This document shows positions 1 through 11,046 of a DNA stretch of 64,000 nt, one piece after another. The stretch is from the NCBI GenBank assembly GCA_001600695.1, contig BCKQ01000023.1, positions 38,354-102,353 of the forward strand, in the 5' to 3' direction. A program made the position numbers and the translations under genes. The notes under the pieces are model-generated. The model was not told where the DNA came from. It did not search any database and was given only the letters and a program-made list of their open reading frames with translations. Source of the DNA: Ascoidea asiatica JCM 7603 (lineage: Eukaryota > Fungi > Ascomycota). Positions within the stretch are counted from its first letter, which is position 1, and every line of letters starts with the position of its first letter.

Positions 1-602
1 TAGGTAATTTAAAATAATAAAATTTTAAGTATTAATATAATTTTATTCATGGTTGATTTATTTATTCACTTACTTGTTAACAATTAATACATATAAAAAC
101 ATTTAATTATCTCTTATTGAAAGGTATTAACTACATAGGGATATTAGTATCAATCGTCGGTTCCGGTGATACATGCGACTAGTCATAAAGGTGTTTTAAA
201 AACAAACATTCGTGACTTTTTAATATTGGTTTTAAACTAAGTGCGTCTGTTACACTTACGACCAGTTTTTACTTTATTTTAATTTGTGTTTCTAAGAAGT
301 AAAGAAACATTTAGTTTTGCAGGTAATTAAGCTCCGCTGCCAAAAGTTCACACTAATCTCTCCTATGATTCTTGGTATATAAATCTACGAAATACCTTTC
401 ATCTTGTTGAAGTAATAAAAGTTACATTGCCTTTGTTCAATAAAGGCAACCTATGTTTAATGATAATAATTTAGGTTTATCCCACTAAGCATTTTATCAA
501 TTGGGATAGTATTTAAATTGCCTGTTTTTTGCAAAGACAATTTAATTATTTTCTTCCAATTTTTACCTTTATTTGTCATTTCAAAATAATCACCAATTCA
601 AA

Positions 603-1138
603 ATCAGTACTGTAGTTACACCGGAAGCTACTCCTAAGCAAGAGCAAGTTACTGAGAGCCCCGAATTCAAATAGAATTGAATAAAAGTGATCATCTGTTA
701 AACGATGTTATTCGAATGGAATACGAAATGGAAATCAAAACAAATCTAACTGAAAGTCGTAATAAAAAGCCAGCTCAAACTTCAGAAAGTACTAGTCCTT
801 TATCAAACACTATCAAATTTTATGGTGAATTAAAACTATTAATTTAAAATTATAACCGCGATGGCGACCAATATAAAACTAATGCAAAGGTAGCACATCA
901 TTCAGTTAAATTGAGAAAGGAATTTCCATTAGGAAATAAAAAATTGGCAGTATTTTTAAAAGGTCATTAAATGCAAATCCCTCATTCTGTTATTGATTAA
1001 CCAACAAGAAGTAATAACGCTATCCATTCGAAGGTTAACTATAGGAAGACGTTATATCAACAAGAGACTGATGAATATGGCTATGCACAAATTGGGGATG
1101 GCTTTTACAGTGAAAATGAAACCTCAAATGAGTTTTAA
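603..1138 (+). pseudogene. Possible decayed coding sequence
   Basis: The frame from 671 to 1138 reads as hydrophilic, protein-like sequence with only three internal TAA stops (845, 968, 998). A frameshifted segment at 603-671 precedes it. Confidence 0.3.
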
Positions 1139-1891
1139 AATTACGCTTACTTTTATTCCTTGCTTTTATTTAATTTTTATTTTTCCTCTATATACTTCTG
1201 AATATCCTTTTTTTCTCTTTTGTATCTTTGTTAAATTATATCAATATATTTTGATAAATTTTAAGAAATGAAATTTTTATATATTGATTTATTTTTCTCT
1301 TAATTCTATTTCTTTTTTTATATATATTTTTAAATAAGATTGATCAACTATGTTTATAATTTTAAATGCTTATATTTGTAAACTATTTTTATTATATAAC
1401 AAAACGTGATACAATTGAAAATAATAAAAACATGAGTGATAACAACCCTCAAGATCTAAACAGTATGTACACTTCTCAACACTTCTCTCTTCCTCGAGGA
1501 AAACAGATCAAGGACTTCTTTAATCTGAACTTGTATATTTGGACGTACAATCGCTTTTTGTTGACGTCTACTTTTATGCCTTTGAGCGTCCTACTGAGGC
1601 GCGGAGAGTACTCTACGGCCATCCCTACTTAGGACGCCAGTTAAAAAAAAAGAACTTTTGCAAAATTCCACTACTTGATATTTGCAAGCTAAAGACATTT
1701 TTGTGATGAGTTTCAATGTAAGAAAATTCGCGGGCATTTAGTCCATACATCAAAATTTTGAAAAAGTTTCTAAGACAATCGCTACATACTGTATTTAAGT
1801 CCACAGTTTTGGAGGCTCTGGTTTTAAAATTGAAATAACTATAGAATACAAAAATATATGAAGAAAGGAAGTAAAAAATTGTTTTACTGTT

Positions 1892-4507
1892 TTATTTGAT
1901 CATATAGTTGGAAAATGTTCTGATATCAATATTGTTACAAGTTATACCTTGATTGATGGGTTTAGAGTTATTTTTAGGAGATACAAAAGGAGGTAAGGAA
2001 CTTTCAAAAACTGGTAGCACTTTTGCATCACTTTCTGTGTCTTGACCTTGATATTTAGGGGTTATAGTATAATCTAGATTAACAGATTCATCATTTTCAT
2101 TAGAATTCACATCATCTTTTCTTCTTATGTACATTGAATCTGAAGCTTTAAAACAGATACTTACTAGTGATTCAACTAAATCTTGCTTTATGCCCAAGTC
2201 GAGAATATTTGTAGCTTTACCTCCAATCCAAAGCCTTAAGAATCCACTTAGATATTCAATATGATCCTCAAGAATATTTAATTTTTCAGCTGTTATATTT
2301 ATATTATTCTTGTTTTGTTGATTATTTAAAATCCAGTTTATCTTCTTGCAAATTTTATATAAACAAGTGAATGAAAATAGATCAAAAGATGGATTTTCCG
2401 TTTCAGTATATTGTGATAGTAAAAGAATTAAATTATCAAAGTAATTTAACGATTCATTTATATTATTTGTGGAAAAATAGTAATTAATGTTGATTGCGTT
2501 GATAGATATGAATAAATTTATCACTTCCATATTATTAGAATTTTTGATTTTTGAATTAATTGAATTATGAGGTATTAAGTTTTTAAAATTATTATCATTA
2601 ATAATATCTAAAGAATAATTTGAATTTTTTATTAATGATAAAAATAAAAGTGATTTATAATATTGAAATGAATAAATTGAAGAAAATTTTATTGATTTAT
2701 TGATAAGATTGATATTATTATCTGAGAGTCTCGAATAATCAATTTCATTTTGTATTTGTTTGATTAGTGACTTATTGAATATTTTTTTAGAAATTATTAA
2801 ACATAAATTATCAAGTAAATTGAATTTAGTTGGATTTAATAAATAATTACTTTGCAAAAAATTGAAATTATCTGAGTTATCAAAAATTTCATGATATTCA
2901 TTATTATTAAGAATTTCATTTAAATAATTAAAATTTTTGAAGCTTTTCAAATTTTTTTTAGCTAAAAACCAATAATATAAACCAAATTTATCTAAAATGA
3001 ATTTAAAAGGAAAATATAATTTAACTGAAAATAATTTAAAAAAAAAAGAAATTTTTAAAAAATCATTTGAATTTTTATTTGATTTTAATATTAGCATTAA
3101 TAAATTAGAAATAGTTGAAGTTTGAAAATTATTAAGATTTTTAATATTTTTAATATTTCTAAGAATTTTAAGATTTTTAAGAAATATAAGATTTTTAAGA
3201 TTTTTAAGAATAATAAAATTAGTGTAATTATTAATTTTTTTGAATTTTGAAAAATTAATATTTAGTAGACAGAAAGTTATAAAAATAAAAAATAAAGAAG
3301 TTTTAAAGAATAAAGATAATAAGATTATTGAAGAATTTGAATTGAAAATTGGAAAAATTTTAAAAATTAAATTAAATGGTAATGCAAATAAACTATTTTG
3401 ATCAATTGAATCATAATTATTTAAAGTATTTGAACCAATAATACATGCTAAACCACCAATTAATAATTTTTTTTGTAAATTTTTTGAATTATTATTTAAA
3501 GAATTTTTAGAAGTATTTGATGAATGATTTAAATTTGGAGAAGAAAATGGAGATATATTACTTGAAGCTGTATTAGAAGTGAATGAAGAAGAAGGGGAAA
3601 TAGGTAATAAATTATTATTATTATTGTTATTATTAATATTATTAGTAGAAGAGTTTATTGGAATATTATTACAAATTATTGATCTTAAATGATTATTTTC
3701 ATTTTTTAATAAATTATTTTTATTTTCTAAATGTTTAATATATTCAGTTGCTTTACTTAATATTGTAGCTTTATTTAATTTTTTTGCAGGTTTTAATCCA
3801 TCTAAAATTTGAATGTCATTATTATTATTATTTAATGTATTTGTAGTATTATCGTCATCATCAGGATCATCATCGTCATCATAAGAAGTATTGTTGTTGT
3901 TATTATTATTTGAGTTGAGTAAAATCCTTAAAGAAGGTACTGAATCTCTAAGTGCTTTAATTTTTTCATTAATATTTGTTCTATATCTTTTTTCAATCAT
4001 ATTATGAGAAGATTTTTGTTTTTTTTGTTTTTTAATAATATGACAACGGGAACTTGAAGGTAATGCATTTGATAAAGATATTCTTTTAGTATTACTATTA
4101 CTACTAGTATTGGAGTTGGTATTGGTATTGGTATTGGTATTTTTGTTATTAACATTTATATTAGTTATATCATTAGGAGGAGAATTTGAATTTGAATTTG
4201 AATAATTGAAAGAATCTGTTGAAGAATATGAAGAAGAATGAGTAATGAAGTCATTTAATTGATTTAATTGATTATTATTAAATTTAGAATTATCTAAAAT
4301 AACATTATTTAAATCAATATTATTTAAATTTTCTAAATCATTAAAATTATTTATATTAATATTATCAAAAGAAGAATCTTCAAATTTTAAATTTTTTGGA
4401 ATTGTAACTGGAATTGAAGTTGGTAAATCATTTTCATTTAGAAAATCATTTTGATTTGTTATTGAAGCTAAAAAAGCATCACAATCGAAATTAAAATTGG
4501 AACTCAT
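1892..4507 (-). CDS. SREBP-family bHLH transcription factor (Cph2/Hms1/Sre1-like) with transmembrane region and long C-terminal domain
   Basis: Basic region [25 protein letters not shown] has the SREBP-diagnostic Tyr. Helix 2 [19 protein letters not shown] is followed by a zipper, then hydrophobic segments ([11 protein letters not shown]; [22 protein letters not shown]) and a C-terminal LRLWIG motif. Confidence 0.88.
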   Translation of the reverse strand: MSSNFNFDCDAFLASITNQNDFLNENDLPTSIPVTIPKNLKFEDSSFDNININNFNDLENLNNIDLNNVILDNSKFNNNQLNQLNDFITHSSSYSSTDSFNYSNSNSNSPPNDITNINVNNKNTNTNTNTNSNTSSNSNTKRISLSNALPSSSRCHIIKKQKKQKSSHNMIEKRYRTNINEKIKALRDSVPSLRILLNSNNNNNNNTSYDDDDDPDDDDNTTNTLNNNNNDIQILDGLKPAKKLNKATILSKATEYIKHLENKNNLLKNENNHLRSIICNNIPINSSTNNINNNNNNNNLLPISPSSSFTSNTASSNISPFSSPNLNHSSNTSKNSLNNNSKNLQKKLLIGGLACIIGSNTLNNYDSIDQNSLFALPFNLIFKIFPIFNSNSSIILLSLFFKTSLFFIFITFCLLNINFSKFKKINNYTNFIILKNLKNLIFLKNLKILRNIKNIKNLNNFQTSTISNLLMLILKSNKNSNDFLKISFFFKLFSVKLYFPFKFILDKFGLYYWFLAKKNLKSFKNFNYLNEILNNNEYHEIFDNSDNFNFLQSNYLLNPTKFNLLDNLCLIISKKIFNKSLIKQIQNEIDYSRLSDNNINLINKSIKFSSIYSFQYYKSLLFLSLIKNSNYSLDIINDNNFKNLIPHNSINSKIKNSNNMEVINLFISINAININYYFSTNNINESLNYFDNLILLLSQYTETENPSFDLFSFTCLYKICKKINWILNNQQNKNNINITAEKLNILEDHIEYLSGFLRLWIGGKATNILDLGIKQDLVESLVSICFKASDSMYIRRKDDVNSNENDESVNLDYTITPKYQGQDTESDAKVLPVFESSLPPFVSPKNNSKPINQGITCNNIDIRTFSNYMIK

Positions 4508-5187
4508 TATTAATATAAATCTTTGTTCGGTGTTTGAAAATAAGTAAGATATATATGTATATGAATGAATTTTTTAAAAGGATATTTTATTCATTAAAAT
4601 ATACTGAAATATCTTTAAATATATATATATATATATATATATTTGCAAAACTTATAATAAATATCTACTGATATAAGTGAAAGAAGCAAATGAGAATTAA
4701 GGGGATAAAATGATTGATAAATATAATAAAAATTATATATAAAAGTAAAGTTAAGTAATAATAATTGCTAGAAAACAAGAAAGATGAATCATTTTTGCAG
4801 ATGAAAGCCAGTTGGAATCAGTAATGATCAAGAAAATATTTAATTAATGAACAAAGATATTATCGAGAATACTGTTTTTAAGAAGAAAATATCGAGAATC
4901 AGCAGCGTTTAGCCCAAACAGAGAAGAAACAAGAATCAATCAAGCGCTGAAGCTGTGGAAAAAGCGAACCTTTTCGAAGCTCGAGAACAAAAAGTGAAGC
5001 AGAATCAGCAGCGGAGACTCCAACGCCAACTCCAGCGCCTCTGCTTTGTTCCTGGCGTCGTAACCGCATAGAATCCTCCGCTGAATCCACCGCTGAATCC
5101 TCCGCGCCCACTCTGCCGGCCGTGATTTGCTGGGGGCAGCCCCCGTCATACGATTCCGGGAACCTCCACGAGCGCATGCGCTTACGC

Positions 5188-5194
5188 TTACCCG
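5188..5194 (+). promoter_or_regulatory. Reb1-type site TTACCCG in the bHLH/SAM35 divergent promoter
   Basis: Exact TTACCCG. The same heptamer occurs in intergenic DNA at 9164-9170, 11796-11802 and 63949-63955 (reverse strand). Confidence 0.5.
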
Positions 5195-5642
5195 GTACGG
5201 TGTCCCGAACAGCTGAGTATGCGGCTAGCGAGCGTGTGTTTTGTCGTTCTTGTTTCTGTATGCTCTTACAACGCTCGGCTCCCTCACAAGGTTCACGCCT
5301 GGGGCAAGTCTCTCTCGTATCCGGGACAGATTGTTCAATTCTAGTCCCGACTCCACGGCCAGTGGCTATTGTGGTTTCTCAACGCCACATCTATGCGGCC
5401 GTCGTTCCCAAAAAGGAAATATCATTAGATTCAAATTTTTTTTTTCAATTTTAAAGTACCTTTAACAGTTACCCTTAACCGGTAATAATAATAATAATAA
5501 TAATAATAGTGTCAATAATTATCCAGGAACTGTTACAATCGAGTTATTGAGTATCTTAAATATTATATCGTATTGAATATATTCAGTATATTAGAAGATT
5601 CAATCATTTAAATCAATTGAACTCTTGTCAAAATACTCAAAA

Positions 5643-6722
5643 ATGCTTCATATTCAACCTCCTCAATTTGTCAAAACTTTTTTTAATAAGTTTCCATTAA
5701 TTATTTATGAAGATGAAGAATATCAATCAAATATAAATCAAAATTTAAAAAATCAGTATTTTCTTTATAAATTATCAAATAACAACAACAATTCTAATAA
5801 TATTAGTAATAATGGTTCTTCTCTTTTTACTTTATGTGTTTATGGTCTAGTCAATTATAAAAATTCAACTAATAATAATATTTATTTAATTTCAACTGAT
5901 CCAATTTGTCTTTCAATTCAATTAATCTTAAATTTAAAAAATTCTTTATCTTTTCCTTCAATTCATAATAACAATACCAAACCTTATAAAATTCAAAATT
6001 CAATAATGGTTACTTCTTATCATGCTTCAAATGATCTAAATTTACCACTTTATATTGAAGAAAATTATAATATAACAAAAAAAAAATTCTCAAGATCTTT
6101 AAATAATTTATTAACAATTAATCAAAATTTATTCACTTATAATACAAATAATTCAATAAATGAACTGAATAAAAGAAAAGAATTAATTTTAATTAATTTA
6201 TTAGATAAATTATTTTATGATAATTATATAATTACAATAATCTTAAATAAAAATTATAAAAAAATTATATCTAAAATTTATTTAAATAATCAAATTTTTA
6301 TTACAAATAATGATAATAATTTATTAAATAATTTATTTATTTATGAAATTTTAAAAACTTTATTAAATAGAAATTCATTTATTTTAAGAAATCCAAATTT
6401 TAAAATAGTCTTAAGTTTTTTACAAATTTCAAATTTAAATAAATTTAATTTAAATATAAATTTTTTAACTGATAAATTATCAAATGAAATTCATGAAATT
6501 TTTATTAATTTAAAATTATTATTAAATAATTTGAATAATTATATTACTAATAAAAAAATTTCTTTAAATAATATTACTTTATTAGATTGTAAAATTTCAA
6601 GTTATATTATTTCAATTTGTAATATTGATGAATTAAAAAATTCAACTTTATATGATTTAATTTATTATGAATATCCAAATTTAATTCAATTTTCAAAGGA
6701 TATTATAGAATCTTTTATGTAA
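5643..6722 (+). CDS. SAM35: Mitochondrial SAM complex subunit Sam35 (metaxin-like)
   Basis: N-terminal PQFVKTFFNKFPLIIY, STDPICL and SYHAS...LPLYIE motifs, plus a GST/metaxin-like C-terminus (TLLDCKISSYI). The ORF track starts at TTG 5625; the first ATG is at 5643. Confidence 0.75.
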   Translation: MLHIQPPQFVKTFFNKFPLIIYEDEEYQSNINQNLKNQYFLYKLSNNNNNSNNISNNGSSLFTLCVYGLVNYKNSTNNNIYLISTDPICLSIQLILNLKNSLSFPSIHNNNTKPYKIQNSIMVTSYHASNDLNLPLYIEENYNITKKKFSRSLNNLLTINQNLFTYNTNNSINELNKRKELILINLLDKLFYDNYIITIILNKNYKKIISKIYLNNQIFITNNDNNLLNNLFIYEILKTLLNRNSFILRNPNFKIVLSFLQISNLNKFNLNINFLTDKLSNEIHEIFINLKLLLNNLNNYITNKKISLNNITLLDCKISSYIISICNIDELKNSTLYDLIYYEYPNLIQFSKDIIESFM

Positions 6723-6905
6723 CTAATAAAATAGATACTAATTAACATTAAAAATTTTTACTTAAAGTTTAGGAGCAAATTTAGAATCCGCTTACGTAAT
6801 CTTTTTTTGTTTTTTTGTTTTTCATAACCTTATTTAACTTTATATGTATTTCTTATCTTTTTCATTTATATACTGTATATATTTTTATATAATTAAAATA
6901 TCTAA

Positions 6906-8282
6906 TTAATTAACACTTAATTTCTTAATCTCTGATGTCAATTCATTCGATGCTAATTTCTCATTACCCGAATTAGAATGAGAATTGGAATTAGAAATTG
7001 GAATTGGGGCAGGTTCTCTTGGTTCAGAAGATGATTGACTTAATGAATTTGAATTTGATGTTGAAAATTCATAAATATCTAACTCTGGATTTTTATTTAT
7101 ATCTTCTAAAGTAATAATTGGATATTTTAAAATTTCATTATTATCTCTTAAATCAAATTCACTTAATCCAATAAATTTACCAAATTTTTCAAATCTATTC
7201 ATATAATGTAAATTTTTTTCATTTGAAATTTTAATTAATGAATTCCAATAAATTTCATGATCATAAGTAAAATCTAAACATCCTCCAAAATCTTTATCTA
7301 ATAAATTCTTTGGTACATAATTTGGAAATGGTTCTGAATAAACTAATTTTTCTCTTGTTAATGGATCTATAAATGGATGAATTAAATTTAAAAATGTTCT
7401 TGCATACCATGGCATATTAGTTAATAATGCTTTACCTAATCTTTCTGGATAATGAGTTTGTAAAATATGTAAAACACTTTTACCTGTTGTTAATGATGGC
7501 ATTTTTGATGTTTCAATTTGAGATGATTTATAACCTTCTTTTTTTAAATCATATGCTTGAAAATCAATTAATAAAGCTAATGAATCTTGTCCAATTGGCA
7601 TAAAATTTATAACTTTTTCTAACATTAAAACAAGATGTTGAATTTGTGTTATTGATGGTTTTGTATTTTGTCTACCAGGTTTTAAATAAAGACATGGTCT
7701 TGCATCTTTATCATAACCTAAAATAACTTGTTTACCAGTTTTATTTTCATTACTAACACTATTAAAATTAACTTTATTTAATTCTTCAGATTTATTAATA
7801 TTAAATTCTCTTCTCCATGATAAAGATAATTCAATTCTTTTAATACAATCATTAACAATCCATTTTGTTGCTCTTAAATATCTTAAAATACATTCTCTTG
7901 TTAGCCAAGATCTTTCAAAATCATTTAAAGGAGATTTTGAATTATGATTTGGATCTTTTGAATTTGGATATTCAAAATCATTAACTTCTTTTAAAGTTAA
8001 TAAATGTTTTAAAACTTGTAAATATTTCTTTTGTTGATCTTTTGATAATTTTTTTTCAATTGGTGGTTTAACATCATCAGTTGGAACAGAAATTGGAATA
8101 TCTATTTTGATTAAATTTGAATTGAAATCATTTTCATTTTCATTATTATTATTACTATTATTAGTTGAATTTGATTTTGAATGTGAAACTTTAGAATCTT
8201 TTGAAACTTCTTTAGTAATTTGAGATTGAGACTGTTCTTCAGTAGTTGTAGATTTTGTAAATCGTTTTCTTAAGCCAAACAT
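6906..8282 (-). CDS. PDR16: Sec14-family phosphatidylinositol transfer protein (CRAL-TRIO), Pdr16/Pdr17 type
   Basis: WLTRECILRYLRATKW, GKQVILGYD, RPCLYLKPGRQNT, LQTHYPERLGKA and PFIDPLTREKL motifs. The ORF is open to ATG 8519, but MFGLRK at 8282 is the more plausible start because the upstream part is low-complexity. Confidence 0.88.
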   Translation of the reverse strand: MFGLRKRFTKSTTTEEQSQSQITKEVSKDSKVSHSKSNSTNNSNNNNENENDFNSNLIKIDIPISVPTDDVKPPIEKKLSKDQQKKYLQVLKHLLTLKEVNDFEYPNSKDPNHNSKSPLNDFERSWLTRECILRYLRATKWIVNDCIKRIELSLSWRREFNINKSEELNKVNFNSVSNENKTGKQVILGYDKDARPCLYLKPGRQNTKPSITQIQHLVLMLEKVINFMPIGQDSLALLIDFQAYDLKKEGYKSSQIETSKMPSLTTGKSVLHILQTHYPERLGKALLTNMPWYARTFLNLIHPFIDPLTREKLVYSEPFPNYVPKNLLDKDFGGCLDFTYDHEIYWNSLIKISNEKNLHYMNRFEKFGKFIGLSEFDLRDNNEILKYPIITLEDINKNPELDIYEFSTSNSNSLSQSSSEPREPAPIPISNSNSHSNSGNEKLASNELTSEIKKLSVN

Positions 8283-9534
8283 ATTTAAAATTGAGAAAGA
8301 TATAAAAGAATTAATTAAAAAATGATTTGAAGAATATTTATTATTTAGAATACTATTGTTTGTAAGAGTATTGAGGAGAGAATAAGAATAAAAGTTAGAA
8401 TTAGAATTAGAAATAGAATCTGAACTAGAATTAGAATTATGGATATTTTGAATATTAAGTATTGATAATTTAGTAAATACAGTGAAAAATAAAATTGGTT
8501 TAATTGATAAAAAAGGCATTAATTAACATATGAAAAAGAGAGAAAAGAAGGTGAGAAGACAAAATAATCAATGATATTTTCAAATTTATAAGTTATTGAT
8601 ATCATATTATTAATAAAGTAAAAATTATTTTCAACAGTTATTAGCTAATATTTTTGCTAATAAATTTTTCTGGTATAAGGAATTTCAATGAAAAATTGCA
8701 AGAAATGGATAAGAATTTGATAAGAAATGGGATAAAATCTGGATTTGAACTGGATTTGAAATAAAATTAATATCCACTGGAAAAATGCTCAGGCTCCACA
8801 CCTCAAACACAGAACTAGACCCGGCCATACAAACACATAACAGCGCCAAAACACACCCAGACTCACCATGCGTGCACAGGGCCCTGCTACTCGGATAAGG
8901 AATATCCAGGCGGAAAACAGACCAAGCACCTAAGCTAGTATCCTGTTTCTAGGAGTATGAGTTAGCCTGTTATGGTGTATTACTAATCATAAGATCAGCC
9001 AATTTTAAAATAAACCGTAAATTAGCTCCTTGTTATAAAGGTTTGGCGGTTACCAAAAACGCCTATTCATCCAACACATTCCATGGTGGCACATGCAGAT
9101 TTTGCTAAACCATTCGCTTTCTCGGTTCATTGAAATCCTCGCAACTTCCGACCGGAACCAAAGTTACCCGGCTTTAAATTGCCAGTTATGTGGCGTAGCA
9201 GAGCCCTAATTGGGAAAGTCACGTTTTATTTGAACAATGATTGTATTTCTAGTGCACACTAAAAATTTATATAGGACATTTCACGTCCTGATTTTTCTTG
9301 TCACTCATTTTCTGTGTCGTACTTTTCACTGTGCGCGTTTGCGGTATATTGTGGTCTGTTGGGTAACTCACATCCCTAAAATGTGCTCTTATTTACTAAT
9401 CAGTATTGGTTTAACTTCAGTTAAGCTATTTGTATTTATTAAACCTTTAAATGATTACTGAAAGAGGCTCTATTACAACTCCATGTTCAAAAAGCCAAAA
9501 TTGAAAAAGAATAAAAAAACAACATTACTTTGAA

Positions 9535-11046
9535 TTAACAATTGAATAATCTTTCCCTAAGATCTTTATCCCAAGCATAAATATATAATCCTTTAACCCC
9601 TCTTGTTAATAATACATTAATTGAGTTTAAAATAATTTTTTCTTTAATTAAATTGATATCTTTAATATTTTTCTTTTTAGTAAAAGCTGCATTATCGTCA
9701 TAAAATTCAGGTAATATTTTGATACAATCATTTTCTGAATCATAGCCAATTGATTTACCTAAAATTACTCCTGCCCAATTTAAATCAAATCCTTGAATTG
9801 TATAAACAGATCCAACTTCTTCAATTGTATCTTCTCTTTCAGACCAAGGAATTTGAATTTCTGGTTTATATCTATCCCATCTAAGTTTAAAATCATCACA
9901 TTCAACAAAAAAATCAATATTTTTACCTAATTTATATTCAAAATCATAAGTACATAAAATTCTTGATTGTCCATAAATTTTATTTTTTTTAATAATTTCA
10001 TTATACATATTTTGACAATTATCCCAAATTTTAAAATCAAATCCATTTTTACCAAGTTTTAATTTATTATAATCTAATTTTGGATAAGCTAAAATTTTTT
10101 TATTCACTGAAATCTCTTTAATCCAATTTTGTACATCATTTTCGGCAATAACTCTAAATTGATTTTTTAAATTATAAATTTCAAAATTATTTGATTTAAT
10201 TAAATAATTATCTAAATTTGAACCATTATTACCATCTTTAAAATTCCAATATGATCCCATTCTTAAACTTTGTTTATCATCAAATACAATAATTAAAACT
10301 TTTGAGATTTTCATTAATTCTTCTAAATGATTATTTTGTAAAAATCTTTTAAAAGGATCTTTTGAAGTTGATAAAAGATGAGCTTCATCAATTAGAATTA
10401 TATCTAATTTTTTTTTTTTTTTATTTGAATTATTTAATTTATTTAATTTATTAAATTTATTAATTAAAGAAGTTGGTCTTTCAATATCTTTTTTATTTAA
10501 ATAATGAAAATCTTTTGAAATTCTATGATATAATTTTAACATTTCAGGATGATTAACAACAAGATAATTTTCAGTTCCAATTAGATTAATTAATTTATTT
10601 TTATAATTTTTATCATTTTTATCATTAATATTACTAAAACCTTTTGAAATTTTTTGAATTTGATCAAATAAAGAATTTAAAATTACACTCTTTCCAGTTC
10701 CTGCATCACCTTGAATTACGAAAATTGATGGATTTTTCTCATTATCATTTTTTAAATTATCATTACAAAAATTTAAAATTTTATCTCTTAATAAAACTTG
10801 TTCTTCAGATAATGGAATATTTGAAAGTTTTTCAATTGCATTTTTCACACTAATTTTTTTTCTATCATTATTGCTAATTGATTTAGAGTTACTTACATTT
10901 TCATTTATAGTATTAATTCTTTTTCTCTTATGAGAAACAACTTTAAAATCATTTGTCATATTTGTAAAAGATCTGAATAGTGTTGAAACTTTTGAAACTC
11001 TTGAAAATCTTGAAATCGGTAACCTTTTAAAAAAATTCAAGAACAT
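9535..11046 (-). CDS. DUF2075 / Schlafen group-3 helicase-like P-loop NTPase with putative mitochondrial presequence
   Basis: Walker A GDAGTGKS, Walker B IILIDEAH, LKNQFRV, EVGSVYTIQGFDLNWAGVILG and NVLLTRGVKGLYIY match the bacterial DUF2075 pattern. Confidence 0.85.
   Translation of the reverse strand: MFLNFFKRLPISRFSRVSKVSTLFRSFTNMTNDFKVVSHKRKRINTINENVSNSKSISNNDRKKISVKNAIEKLSNIPLSEEQVLLRDKILNFCNDNLKNDNEKNPSIFVIQGDAGTGKSVILNSLFDQIQKISKGFSNINDKNDKNYKNKLINLIGTENYLVVNHPEMLKLYHRISKDFHYLNKKDIERPTSLINKFNKLNKLNNSNKKKKKLDIILIDEAHLLSTSKDPFKRFLQNNHLEELMKISKVLIIVFDDKQSLRMGSYWNFKDGNNGSNLDNYLIKSNNFEIYNLKNQFRVIAENDVQNWIKEISVNKKILAYPKLDYNKLKLGKNGFDFKIWDNCQNMYNEIIKKNKIYGQSRILCTYDFEYKLGKNIDFFVECDDFKLRWDRYKPEIQIPWSEREDTIEEVGSVYTIQGFDLNWAGVILGKSIGYDSENDCIKILPEFYDDNAAFTKKKNIKDINLIKEKIILNSINVLLTRGVKGLYIYAWDKDLRERLFNC

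Noticed and set aside
4899-5465. Four overlapping short ORFs (similar ones at 11635-11998, 22473-22802, 25219-25668, 51660-51894, 59622-60109)
   Set aside because: They lie in GC-rich promoter islands where stops are rarer, often have non-ATG starts, show no motifs, and have codon usage unlike host genes.
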